This document shows, in pieces, positions 47,367-56,839 of a stretch of DNA of 64,000 bases. The position numbers and the translations under genes are program-made. The stretch is from Planctomycetota bacterium. GTDB taxonomy: Bacteria; Planctomycetota; JACOTG01. The stretch covers positions 1,810 to 65,809 of the forward strand of contig JACOTG010000079.1 of the NCBI GenBank assembly GCA_016178505.1, written 5' to 3'. Every line of letters begins with the position of its first letter. The stretch's first letter is position 1. The notes under the pieces are model-generated. The model did no database searches. It was not told where the DNA came from and was given only the letters and a program-made list of their open reading frames with translations.

Positions 47367-48374
47367 ATGACGCCCACAACGAAAGCCGTCCCGCGTCGCC
47401 GACTGGGAAAAACGTCGATCGATGTTTCTGCGATCGGACTCGGCTGCATGGGCATGTCCGAGTTCTACGGAGCGCGTGACGAGCGCGAGTCGATCGCCGT
47501 CATCCACCGAGCCCTCGATCTCGGCGTCGACTTCCTCGACACCGCCGACGTGTACGGCATGGGCCACAACGAGGAGCTGGTCGGACGCGCGATCGCGAAG
47601 CGACGGAACGAGGTCTTCCTCGCGACGAAGTTCGGCAACGTTCGCGATGCGAAGGGAAACTGGGTCGGCGTCAACGGACGGCCCGAGTTCGTCGAGGCGC
47701 AGTGCGAGGCGAGCCTGAAGCGCCTCGGCGTCGACGTCATCGATCTCTACTATCAGCATCGCGTCGACCCCGACGTGCCGATCGAAGAGACGGTGGGAGC
47801 GATGGCGCGGCTGGTCGAGCGCGGCAAGGTGAGGTTTCTCGGATTGTCCGAAGCGGCGGCGCCGACGCTGCGACGCGCGGTCGCCGTGCATCCGATCGCC
47901 GCGCTACAGACCGAGTACTCGCTGTGGAGCCGCGAGCCCGAGGGGGGACTCCTCGCGACCTGCCGCGAGCTCGGCGTCACGTTTGTCGCTTACAGCCCGC
48001 TCGGCCGCGGCTTTCTCGCCGGCACGATCCGCTCGACGCACGACCTCGCGGCGGACGACTATCGACACCACGCGCCGCGCTTTCAGGGCGACAACTTCGA
48101 GAAGAACCTCGCGCTGCAGAAGAAGATCGAGGCCATTGCCGCCGAAAAACGATGCACGCCGGCTCAGCTCGCGATCGCGTGGCTCCTCGCGCAGGGCGAT
48201 GACGTCGTTCCGATCCCCGGCACGAAGCGCCTTCGCTACCTCGAGAACAACGCCGGCGCGACGGACGTTCGACTTACCGCCGCCGATCTGTCGCGCATCG
48301 ACCGCGCCGCGCCCCTGGGCGCCGCATCCGGCGCGCGTTACGGCGAGATGGCGATGAAGCGGGTCAACCTGTAG
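47367..48374 (+). CDS. Aldo/keto reductase family oxidoreductase
   Basis: Translation [22 protein letters not shown]...[15 protein letters not shown]...[14 protein letters not shown]. Confidence 0.85.
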   Translation: MTPTTKAVPRRRLGKTSIDVSAIGLGCMGMSEFYGARDERESIAVIHRALDLGVDFLDTADVYGMGHNEELVGRAIAKRRNEVFLATKFGNVRDAKGNWVGVNGRPEFVEAQCEASLKRLGVDVIDLYYQHRVDPDVPIEETVGAMARLVERGKVRFLGLSEAAAPTLRRAVAVHPIAALQTEYSLWSREPEGGLLATCRELGVTFVAYSPLGRGFLAGTIRSTHDLAADDYRHHAPRFQGDNFEKNLALQKKIEAIAAEKRCTPAQLAIAWLLAQGDDVVPIPGTKRLRYLENNAGATDVRLTAADLSRIDRAAPLGAASGARYGEMAMKRVNL

Positions 48375-48446
48375 CGCCGCGCACGGAGACTCCGGCTCCG
48401 CCGACCCGCTGTTCGACATCGTCACGACCGCCGTTGCGAACTTCGA

Positions 48447-49595
48447 TCACCGGGCGGGCTCATCCATGCGCGGATCGTCAGCTCGGCGAAACCGCCATCG
48501 ACCGGTCACACGAAGAGAATCGGCATCGATGGATCGCACGAAGTAGTCGGCCGGCCACAGATGACGCCACGTCGATGTCGAGAATTCGAGCGCTCCACTG
48601 GTGACCACGGCGCCGGCCGGCAGCTCGAACGACGGCTCACCGGCGATCTCGACCAGCGACCTCGCGGCGCCACGACCGGGAAGCGCGATGCGAGGCGTGT
48701 CGACGCGATCACCGAGATCCTCGAATCCCCCCTGGTCGCGGCACGCTGCAGAGTTCGATTCGGCGACGCGCTCGAGCCATCGCTCGAACGCCCATCCCGC
48801 CCCTCCGGCCCACTTCCGAAAGTAGCGCTCGCGTGAGACTCGGTGCCGACGAGCGGCTTCGTCGCGATGGCGGTTCGTGCTGACGCTGTAGTAGTGAACG
48901 ACGTGCGACCCCGGATGGGCGACGAGGCGAAGCCGCGCATCGCGGACGCGGCGGCACCAATCGGCATCCTCGAAATAGAGCGGGTAGCTAGGGTCGGGTG
49001 GACCGACGAGATCGACGACCGATCGGCTCGTCAGAATGCAAGAGCCGGTGAGCATGGGAACGTCGATCGGCTCGCGGGCGAGCCAATAGCGCCAGCGAAA
49101 CGCCAGTCGAAGGCGGTCGAGGCAGCGCCTCGCGACGCGAGATCGTGTCGCCGCCATACGCCACGTCGAATTCGCGATCCCCGGCATTGCATGTGGCGGA
49201 TGCATCACCGTCCTGTCCTCGTCGAACCACGTGATGGGTGCGACCGCACCGACGCCCGACTCGCGGTCGAACACGTCCGCCATGGCGGCGAGAGCGCCCG
49301 GCATCACCCAGGTGTCGGGATTGAGGAAGGCGAGGCGCCGGCCGTGCGCTCGCTCGAGACCGGCCGCGAGCGCGCCGGCGTAACCGATGTTGTCGTCGAG
49401 GGCGAGCACGCGCACCGACGGACCGTCGAGTGCGCGGACGCGTTGCCGCTCTTCGGCAGTCGAGAAGTTGTCGACGACGATGATTTCGATCGGCCCACAT
49501 CGCGCGTCGATCGGTCGCTCCGCGAGCAGGCTTGCGACACATCGGCGAACGTAGTCCGCCACTCCGAAGTTCACGACGATCACCGAGAGGTCCAT
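48447..49595 (-). CDS. Glycosyltransferase family 2 protein
   Basis: Translation MDLSVIVVNFG...IEIIVVDNFS...ALDDNIGYAGA...YFEDADWC, a GT-A fold with the DxD motif. The track ORF extends further upstream, but MDLSV at 49595 (or MRGVMDLSV at 49607) is the plausible start. Confidence 0.75.
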   Translation of the reverse strand: MDLSVIVVNFGVADYVRRCVASLLAERPIDARCGPIEIIVVDNFSTAEERQRVRALDGPSVRVLALDDNIGYAGALAAGLERAHGRRLAFLNPDTWVMPGALAAMADVFDRESGVGAVAPITWFDEDRTVMHPPHAMPGIANSTWRMAATRSRVARRCLDRLRLAFRWRYWLAREPIDVPMLTGSCILTSRSVVDLVGPPDPSYPLYFEDADWCRRVRDARLRLVAHPGSHVVHYYSVSTNRHRDEAARRHRVSRERYFRKWAGGAGWAFERWLERVAESNSAACRDQGGFEDLGDRVDTPRIALPGRGAARSLVEIAGEPSFELPAGAVVTSGALEFSTSTWRHLWPADYFVRSIDADSLRVTGRWRFRRADDPRMDEPAR

Positions 49596-49722
49596 CACAC
49601 CCCGCATCCTTGACCGCTTCAACCGCCGAAGCGTAGTATCCGCCCCTGGAGATTTCGAGGCGACACCTCTCGCAGCGAGGCCACTGACATCCGGCGACGG
49701 GTGAACTCTGAGGAGAACGAGC

Positions 49723-51318
49723 ATGATCCAAACACGATCGAGCAACGTTCGTGCGATCTTGGTTCATCCAAAGTACGCCAACTCGCCACACCCCTATCCG
49801 CCATTGGGACTGGCCTACGTCGCCGCATCCGCCGAGCGCGCCGGCCACAAGGTGCGCGTCGTCGACATGGGCGCGGTTCGACGCGGCACGACCGATGACG
49901 AGCTCGTCGATCACGTGCGTCGCGTGCGACCCGACGTCGTCGGCATCTACAACAACATCGCGCTGTATCGCAGCGTCTATCGACTGCTGCCAAAGCTTCG
50001 CCCGTACACGCGGCTTCTCGTCGCGGGTGGACCGCAGGCAACGCTTCTCCCCGAGGAATCGATCGAGAACGGCTTCGACGTCGCCGTCCGCGGGGAAGGC
50101 GATCTCACGTTTGCCGAGCTGCTCGACTCGCTCGACGACGGCCGTCCACTCGAGGGGATTCTTGGCATTTCGTATCGCGGTCGTGACGGCGCCTTTCACA
50201 ACAACGATTTCAGACCCGATGTTCGGGACCTCGACGCGTTGCCGTATCCCGCATACCACTGCTTCGATCTCGAGCGGTACTACGGCGGCGACGGATCCGC
50301 GATGCCCGAAGGTCGCGTCTTGACGAGTCGAGATTGCCCGGCGAAATGCACGTTTTGTTACCTCAAGGCCGTGCCGTCCGAGTTTCGGCTGCGCGAGCCG
50401 GAGAAGGTCCTCGAGGAGATCCTCTGGCTCCGGAAGACATACGGCACGTGGAAGATCGACTTCGCGGACGACACGTTTCCGAGCACGCATGAACGGATCG
50501 ACCGGCTGCTGGACCTGATCATCGAGGCCAACCTCGGGCTAACGTGGAGCTGCACGACTCGAATCGACGCCGTGTCGCGCCCGGTCCTCGAGAAGATGAA
50601 GCGGGCGGGCTGCTGGTTCATCGCGTTCGGCGTCGAAAGCGGCGACGATCAATCGCTCAAACGGCTCGGAAAGAAGCTGACAACGCAGATGGCCTACGAG
50701 ACGCTGCGGGACGCGAAGGAGATCGGCATCCACACTCGCGCGAACTTCATGTTCGGGTATCCCTGGGAAACGCCGGAGACGATCGACGCGACGCTGAACT
50801 TCATGCGCCGGCTCGAAGACAAGGTCGACTATTTCATGCCGCAAGGGCTGTTTCATCCGCTCCCCGGAACGGCGCTCTTCAACAAGTACCGAGAGCAGTT
50901 CGACCTCGATCAGTGGTGGATGCGAAAAGAGAGCTTCATCCGCTACCTCGACGAAGACGAGCAGCCGTACTTCCGGCGGGCCGGGTACGACGACTACGGC
51001 CGCACCGACTTCTTCCACCTTTCGGAGTCGGTGATTCGTCGCATACGAAAGGGCATCAACCTGATCGCCCACCACAACCTCGGAACCTTCCGCAGCAAGC
51101 CGAAGAAGTGGGGCTATGTCGGCCTCTATCACCTCTCGAAGGAGCTGTATCGGGTGGATCCGCATCTCGAGCGACGCGCGATGCGCGCGCTGATCGCGGC
51201 TCACGGCAAGGCCAAGGGACTCTACGGCGCCGGCCGGGCACGAGCCCGCGCCGCGGTCGAAGCAACGCGCGGCCGCATCAACGCCGTCGTGCGGAGTGCC
51301 AGTCGGGCCAGGGCGTAA
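49723..51318 (+). CDS. B12-binding domain-containing radical SAM protein
   Basis: N-terminal cobalamin-binding-like domain (ILVHPKYANSPHPYPPLGLAYVAA). Radical SAM motif CPAKCTFC. 531 aa. It is divergent from the GT2 gene. Confidence 0.75.
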   Translation: MIQTRSSNVRAILVHPKYANSPHPYPPLGLAYVAASAERAGHKVRVVDMGAVRRGTTDDELVDHVRRVRPDVVGIYNNIALYRSVYRLLPKLRPYTRLLVAGGPQATLLPEESIENGFDVAVRGEGDLTFAELLDSLDDGRPLEGILGISYRGRDGAFHNNDFRPDVRDLDALPYPAYHCFDLERYYGGDGSAMPEGRVLTSRDCPAKCTFCYLKAVPSEFRLREPEKVLEEILWLRKTYGTWKIDFADDTFPSTHERIDRLLDLIIEANLGLTWSCTTRIDAVSRPVLEKMKRAGCWFIAFGVESGDDQSLKRLGKKLTTQMAYETLRDAKEIGIHTRANFMFGYPWETPETIDATLNFMRRLEDKVDYFMPQGLFHPLPGTALFNKYREQFDLDQWWMRKESFIRYLDEDEQPYFRRAGYDDYGRTDFFHLSESVIRRIRKGINLIAHHNLGTFRSKPKKWGYVGLYHLSKELYRVDPHLERRAMRALIAAHGKAKGLYGAGRARARAAVEATRGRINAVVRSASRARA

Positions 51319-51404
51319 GCACATTCTCGGCGAGTCGATCGCCGGCGCGAGAGCGGTCCCGCCCAGTTGTTTCCTGATTCCCGCCGGATAGAATCCGCCC
51401 TGCC

Positions 51405-52856
51405 ATGGAAAAAACACTACGCAACTGCATTGGCGGCGAGTGGGTCTCTTCGTCGTCCACCGAGTCTCTCGAAATCACGAACCCAGCCACCGGCGAGTCG
51501 CTCGGCCGCGTGCCGTTGTCGAGCGCGCGCGACGTCGACGCTGCGGTCGCCGCGGCGCGCGCGGCGTTTCCGAAGTGGCGCGAGACGCCACCGGTCGTTC
51601 GCGCGCGACACCTCTTCAAGCTGAAGAACCTGCTCGAGGCGAACTTCGAGGAGATTGCGGCGACCGTCACGCGCGAGAACGGCAAGACGCTCGACGAGTC
51701 GCGCGGCTCCGTGCGGCGCGGCATCGAGAACGTCGAGCACGCGTGCGGCATCCCGACGTTGATGATGGGCAAGTCGCTCGAGGACATCGCCGCGGGCATC
51801 GACTGCGAGACGTTTCGTCAGCCGCTCGGCGTGTTCGCGGCGATCACGCCGTTCAACTTCCCGGCAATGGTGCCGATGTGGTTCTGGCCGTACGCGATCG
51901 CGACCGGCAACACGTTCGTGCTCAAGCCGAGCGAGCAGGTGCCGTTCTCGCCGACGCGCCTGGTGGAGCTAGCTCAAGAGGCAGGCATTCCGCCGGGCGT
52001 GCTGAACTTGGTGCACGGCGCGAAGGACGCGGTGAACGCAATCCTCTCGCATCGCGACATTGCGGGCGTTTCGTTCGTCGGCTCGTCGGCGGTCGCGAAG
52101 ATCGTCTATGAAGGCGCCGCGAAGTCGGGCAAGCGCGTGCAGGCGCTCGGCGGCGCGAAGAATCACATCGTCGTCATGCCCGACGCAGACATGGACCGCG
52201 CGGTGTCGATCGTCACCGAGTCGGTGTTCGGCTGCGCGGGCCAGCGGTGCCTCGCCGGCAGCGTCGTCGTGACGCCGGGCAAGGCGTACGAGCCATTCCG
52301 CGAGCGCTTCCTTTCGTCGGCAAAGGCGCTGAAGCTCGGAAACGGGCTCGAGACGGGCGTGACGCTCGGGCCGGTCGTCACGGCGCGGGCGAAGGAGCGC
52401 ATCATCGGTTGCGTCGACGCGGGCGCAAAGGAAGGCGCGACGCTCCTCCTCGACGGTCGCTCGGCGCGCGTCGAGAAACTGCCGCGCGGACAATTCGTCG
52501 GGCCGACGATCTTCGAGGGCGTGACGCCCGAGATGTCGATCGGCAAGGAAGAGATCTTCGGACCGGTCGCCGGGATCGCGCGCGTCGGATCACTCGACGA
52601 GGCGATCGAGACCGTGCACCGCTCCGGCTACGCGAACGCGACGTCGATCTTCACGACCAGCGGCAAAGCTGCCCGCGAGTATCGATATCGCGTCGGCGTC
52701 AGCATGATCGGCGTGAACATCGGCGTCGCCGCCCCGATGGCCTTCTTCCCGTTCGGCGGCACCAAGGGCTCCTTCTTCGGCGACCTCAAAGCCCACGGCA
52801 ACGACGCCATCGAGTTCTACACCGACAAAAAGGTCGTCATCTCCCGCTGGATCTGA
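51405..52856 (+). CDS. mmsA: CoA-acylating methylmalonate/malonate-semialdehyde dehydrogenase
   Basis: Near-textbook MmsA N-terminus (NCIGGEWVSS...ITNPATGE...AAFPKWRETPPVVRARHLFKLKNLL) and the aldehyde dehydrogenase catalytic region (FGCAGQRCLA). Confidence 0.9.
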   Translation: MEKTLRNCIGGEWVSSSSTESLEITNPATGESLGRVPLSSARDVDAAVAAARAAFPKWRETPPVVRARHLFKLKNLLEANFEEIAATVTRENGKTLDESRGSVRRGIENVEHACGIPTLMMGKSLEDIAAGIDCETFRQPLGVFAAITPFNFPAMVPMWFWPYAIATGNTFVLKPSEQVPFSPTRLVELAQEAGIPPGVLNLVHGAKDAVNAILSHRDIAGVSFVGSSAVAKIVYEGAAKSGKRVQALGGAKNHIVVMPDADMDRAVSIVTESVFGCAGQRCLAGSVVVTPGKAYEPFRERFLSSAKALKLGNGLETGVTLGPVVTARAKERIIGCVDAGAKEGATLLLDGRSARVEKLPRGQFVGPTIFEGVTPEMSIGKEEIFGPVAGIARVGSLDEAIETVHRSGYANATSIFTTSGKAAREYRYRVGVSMIGVNIGVAAPMAFFPFGGTKGSFFGDLKAHGNDAIEFYTDKKVVISRWI

Positions 52857-52996
52857 CGCGTACGGAGCCAGGGTCAACTCCGGCGGATTATTTCCCACAC
52901 CCATCGTGTGCCGCTCTCAGTGACGAGGCGGCGCTTCACGTTCACGTCTCCGGGTGGCGGAAAATGTGATGGAGTTGACCCTGGCTCCGTGCGCGG
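52857..52996. mobile_element. Complete 140-bp MITE-like element with about 24-bp terminal inverted repeats (CGCGTACGGAGCCAGGGTCAACTCC ... GGAGTTGACCCTGGCTCCGTGCGCG). It begins 1 nt after the mmsA stop.
   Basis: The 5' arm cgcgtacggagccagggtcaactccggcggattatttcccac (52857-52900) and the 3' arm ggagttgaccctggctccgtgcgc (52971-52994) are reverse complements with 1 mismatch. The same 41-bp arm recurs at 55054 and, inverted, at 55914. Confidence 0.6.
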
Positions 52997-53097
52997 CTGA
53001 ACGGGCCGTCCAACTGGCGGGATCATTCGTTCGACGCGACGTCGCGGCTCGCGTAGACTCGCTCACCTGAAGCCTCTGTCACCGAAGGAGAGAGGTC

Positions 53098-55052
53098 ATG
53101 CGCATGTGCAACGCATTCCGAATGCTCGGGGTGCTGCTCGCCGCCGGCATCGGAATCGCTCGAGGCCAGAGCACGTACTGCGTCAGCGCCACGGAAAACG
53201 GGGTCGTGAGCAACGGCTGGAGCGGCTTCGGAGTGTCGATGTCGCCGGACGGCCGTTACGTCGCGTTCGACAGCTACGCGACGAACCTCGCGCCGCAGGG
53301 CGGCAACGGGTACTGGCAGGTCTTGATCCACGATCGCGAGACGGGCGAGCTCGAGCTCGTCAGCCAGACGTCCGGCGGAGATTTGGCCATCCGCTCGGCG
53401 ACTCAGCCGAGCGTGTCCGCGGACGGGCGCTTCGTCGCGTTCATCGCCGAAGCCTCGAACTTCGACTCGTTCCCGCAGGGGGGCATTTTCGTGCGCGACC
53501 GCGTCGCCCGCACGACGTCGCGAGCCATCCTGAGTTCGGCGGGCGGATTGCCGAACGGCGGTTGCTTCGATCCGGCGCTGTCGGCGGACGGGCGGTTCCT
53601 CGCCTTCACCACGACGGCGACGAACCTCGCCGGCGGCGGATCCTCCGGGCCTAAAGTGTTCGTGCTGGATCGAGCGACCGGCGTCACGAGCAACGTGAGC
53701 GTGAATTCGTCGGGACAGGCGGCGGATGCCGACTGCTTCTCGCCCAGGATTTCCTCCGACGGGCGATACGTCGCGTTCGAAAGCTACGCGACGAACCTCT
53801 ACACCTCGGCCTCGAACGCCAACCCCTACTACTTCCGCCACGACCGCGCGAGCGGCATGACGGCTCGCGTCGTCGCCAGTGCGTCGGGAGGCGACGTGCA
53901 AAACGCGTTCGGCTATGGACTGCCATCGATCTCCGCGGACGGCCGGTTCGTCGCGTTCTCGAGCTTCGGGGCGACGCTGGTTCCCGACGACACCAACGGA
54001 CAGGAAGATGTGTTCGTGCGCGATATGGACGCCGGCGTGACCGTGCGGGCGAGCGTCGACTCCGCCGGAGTCCAAGGAAACCTCGACTCGTTTCACGCGG
54101 TGATCTCCGCGGACGGTCGTTTCGTCGTGTTCGACAGCTATGCGACGAACCTCGTTCCCGGCGGGACGAACGGAAGCCGCCAGGTGATCGTTCACGATCT
54201 CGCCAGTGGAGCAACGCGCCTGGCGAGCACGGGCGCGTCGGGGACCGCGGGAAATAGGTCGAGCGGCCAGTACCAGCGCGACAGCAGTGGCAACATGCGA
54301 TTTCCGCCGAACACGGCAATTTCGCGCGAGGGTCGTCGGATCGCTTTTGCGAGCGAGGCGACCAACCTCGTCCCCGGCGAGTTCAACAACGTCCAGGACG
54401 TGTTCGTGCGCGAGCAGTGGAGCCTGTCCGTGGATTCGGTCCTACCGTCGTCCGGCTCGGAGAGCGGCGGCGACCTCGTGACGCTCCGCGGCATCGGATT
54501 CGAGTCGGCCACCGACACTGGCGTCGACTTCGGCGGCACGGCGGCCAAGGCTTCACCTACTTACCGCCGGAGATCGCGGCCCGCCATGGCAACGTGAACG
54601 TCGCGCTCGGCGAACGCGAGGCCGTCCTTCTCGTGAACGCCGTCAGCGGCGACTCGATGACGCGCGAAATCGCAATCGGCACGAATCAACCGATCACCGC
54701 CGTCGTCCTCCCGCCGTCGAACCGCGCGAGTGCTCGTTTTGCGATCTACGCGTGGGGCCGCGCGCCGCGCCCGAGCACGCTTTCACCGCTTCCGCGCGGC
54801 CTCGGAGCGATCGTCCTTCCGCCGCCGCTGCTGGGAGGCTCGCCCCCGGTGACGTGGAACAACCTCGGGCATACGCGAGCGCTCGGCATCGCAAATCGCC
54901 CGTCCAGCTTGGCACCTTCGATCCTGTTTCGAAGCACTGGGATCGCGACCCCGAGAACCTTCTCGCTCCAGGGCCTGATCGAAGACGACGGCTCGGCGAT
55001 CCCGCAACGCCTCAGCGTGACGAACGCTGTCATCGTCCGCGTTCACGAGTGA
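53098..55052 (+). CDS. Secreted PD40/TolB-like beta-propeller repeat protein with a C-terminal IPT/TIG domain. An apparent frameshift near 54550 makes it a pseudogene or a sequencing indel.
   Basis: RBS (aaGGAGagagg) and signal peptide (MRMCNAFRMLGVLLAAGIGIARG). About 9 repeats of the S.DGR(F/Y)VAF.S.ATNL motif. ORF 53098..54597 ends in nonsense (SPTYRRRSRPAMAT). The true C-terminus (GFTYLPPEIAARHGNVNV...SVTNAVIVRVHE) continues in ORF 54417..55052. Confidence 0.75.
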
Positions 55053-55053
55053 C

Positions 55054-55204
55054 GCGTACGGAGCCAGGGTCAACTCCGGCGGATTATTTCTCACTTCCCT
55101 GTCCGCCAGCCGGTGGCGGCATGCGGAGGGTTCGCGTCGATACCGTCGTGAGGGAAGAACGTGGCGGTGTGGGCCCTGGCTCCGTACGCACTGGCTCCGT
55201 ACGC
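55054..55204. mobile_element. Second MITE-like copy: a full 41-bp 5' arm, a partial or duplicated 3' arm (gtgggccctggctccgtacgc actggctccgtacgc). It begins 1 nt after the PD40 gene stop.
   Basis: The 5' arm gcgtacggagccagggtcaactccggcggattatttctcac is identical to copy 1 apart from 1 nt. The junction with the upstream stop codon is the same in both copies (TGA-c-GCGTACGG). Confidence 0.55.
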
Positions 55205-55227
55205 ATCGGGAGCTCGCGGCGGCGGAG

Positions 55228-55758
55228 TCAGAGCGGCACGATGTCGACGACGCGGGCGAGGAAGGCGTCGAGGTCCTCCCAACCGGGAGGAGGATGTGAT
55301 CCCCACGTGAACGCGCTCGACTCGAGCCCGCCTTCGATCTCGAGGTGATGACGGATTCCATCGAGCTGGATGCGGGTCTCCGCGGCGGCGGACGGAACGC
55401 GGATCCGGCGTGCCGCATCGAGAAGCTCGCGAACGACGGCGGCGGCGACGGGTGCGTCCGCACTCTCGATGGTCGGGCGAAGAGCTCGCGGATGTCGCAA
55501 CCGCTCGGCAGGATTTCGGAACTTCGCGACGTCGACGCCCAAGCGCCACGCGCCACGCCGCGCGAGTGCCGACGATCCGTCTCGCGCAACGAACAAGTCC
55601 GTACGATGCGCGTCGGCGAACGCCGGCTCCACGACCGCGGTGACTCGGCGCACGAACCCGCGCACCGCGGCCGGCCGTCGCAGCTCGGCGAGCGCGGCAT
55701 CGCGCAACCGCGCCCAATCCTCTTGAAGTTCGGCGTCCATGCCACCCCAGCTTCCCAT
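55228..55758 (-). CDS. Hypothetical protein (about 176 aa) encoded between MITE-like copies 2 and 3
   Basis: Plausible protein-like translation (MDAELQEDWARLRDAALAELRRP...WGSHPPPGWEDLDAFLARVVDIVPL) with no recognisable domain. It is antisense to the surrounding operon. Confidence 0.35.
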   Translation of the reverse strand: MGSWGGMDAELQEDWARLRDAALAELRRPAAVRGFVRRVTAVVEPAFADAHRTDLFVARDGSSALARRGAWRLGVDVAKFRNPAERLRHPRALRPTIESADAPVAAAVVRELLDAARRIRVPSAAAETRIQLDGIRHHLEIEGGLESSAFTWGSHPPPGWEDLDAFLARVVDIVPL

Positions 55759-55913
55759 GTGCGGGCGTTTCGATCATCGTTGATTCAGGTCGAGGACAGG
55801 CCTCTCTGGAGGCACCCGCCAGACGGCAGTCCATCGCGCTTTGGGGCTGTCCTGCTACCGGCCCCGCGATAGAATCCCCCGACGCGTCGCCCGGTCGGTG
55901 TGCTCGCTGACGA

Positions 55914-55955
55914 GTGGGAAATAATCCGCCGGAGTTGACCCTGGCTCCGTACGCG
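55914..55955. mobile_element. Solo inverted copy of the 41-bp MITE arm (gtgggaaataatccgccggagttgaccctggctccgtacgc). It sits immediately upstream of the RBS of the beta-ureidopropionase gene.
   Basis: Exact reverse complement of the 52858-52898 arm. It is followed by ggaggtggaggtgcg and the ATG at 55970. Confidence 0.55.
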
Positions 55956-55969
55956 GAGGTGGAGGTGCG

Positions 55970-56839
55970 ATGAGAGTGGTTCGCGGCGGGTTGATTCAGA
56001 TGTCGAATCCGGTCAATGATCCTTCCGCGTCGGTTGCTGCGGTGCGCGAGGCGATGCTCGCTAAGCACATTCCGTTCGTCGAGGAAGCCGGGAATCGCGG
56101 GGTGCAGATCCTCTGCCTCCAAGAGATATTCAACGGGCCTTACTTCTGCCCGAGCCAGGACGCGAAGTGGTGCGACATCGCCGAAGCGGTGCCCGGGCCA
56201 ACCGTCGAGCGCATGGCCGCACTCGCGAAGAAGCACAACATGGTCATCATCGTGCCGGTCTACGAGCGCGAGATGGCGGGCGTCTACTACAACACGGCGG
56301 CGGTCATCGACGCCGACGGCACCTACCTCGGCAAGTACCGGAAGACGCACATCCCGCACACGTCCGGCTTCTGGGAGAAGTACTTCTTCAAGCCGGGCAA
56401 CCTCGGCTACCCGACGTTCCAGACGCGCTATGCACGCATCGGCGTCTACATCTGCTACGACCGCCACTTCCCCGAAGGCGCGCGACTCCTCGGCCTTCAC
56501 GGCGCGGAGATCGTGTTCAATCCGTCGGCAACGGTGAAGGGCCTGTCGCAGTACCTATGGAAGCTCGAGCAGCCCGCGCACGCCGTCGCGAACGGCTACT
56601 TCATGGGCTGCATCAACCGCGTCGGCACCGAGGCGCCGTGGAACATCGGCGAGTTCTACGGCACGAGCTACTTCGTCGACCCGCGCGGCAAGATCCTCGC
56701 GGAAGGCAGCGAGACGAAAGACGAGCTGATCGTCGCCGACATGAACCTCGACATGATCGAGGAAGTGCGCCGCACGTGGCAGTTCTTCCGCGATCGACGA
56801 CCCGACGCCTACGAGGACTTGGTCAAGCAACTCCCATGA
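55970..56839 (+). CDS. Beta-ureidopropionase / N-carbamoyl-beta-alanine amidohydrolase (nitrilase superfamily)
   Basis: Carbon-nitrogen hydrolase fold (ILCLQEIFNGPYFC...YRKTHIP...IGVYICYDRHFPE) with the Glu-Lys-Cys triad context. It lies directly upstream of the dihydropyrimidinase gene. Confidence 0.85.
   Translation: MRVVRGGLIQMSNPVNDPSASVAAVREAMLAKHIPFVEEAGNRGVQILCLQEIFNGPYFCPSQDAKWCDIAEAVPGPTVERMAALAKKHNMVIIVPVYEREMAGVYYNTAAVIDADGTYLGKYRKTHIPHTSGFWEKYFFKPGNLGYPTFQTRYARIGVYICYDRHFPEGARLLGLHGAEIVFNPSATVKGLSQYLWKLEQPAHAVANGYFMGCINRVGTEAPWNIGEFYGTSYFVDPRGKILAEGSETKDELIVADMNLDMIEEVRRTWQFFRDRRPDAYEDLVKQLP

Noticed and set aside
48447-49745. The extended N-terminus of the GT2 ORF (start at 49745) and the 500-aa ORF 48988..50490 overlapping the radical SAM gene
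   Set aside because: The conserved GT2 sequence begins at MDLSVIVVNFG (49595). The upstream extension and the 500-aa antisense ORF lack any domain features.
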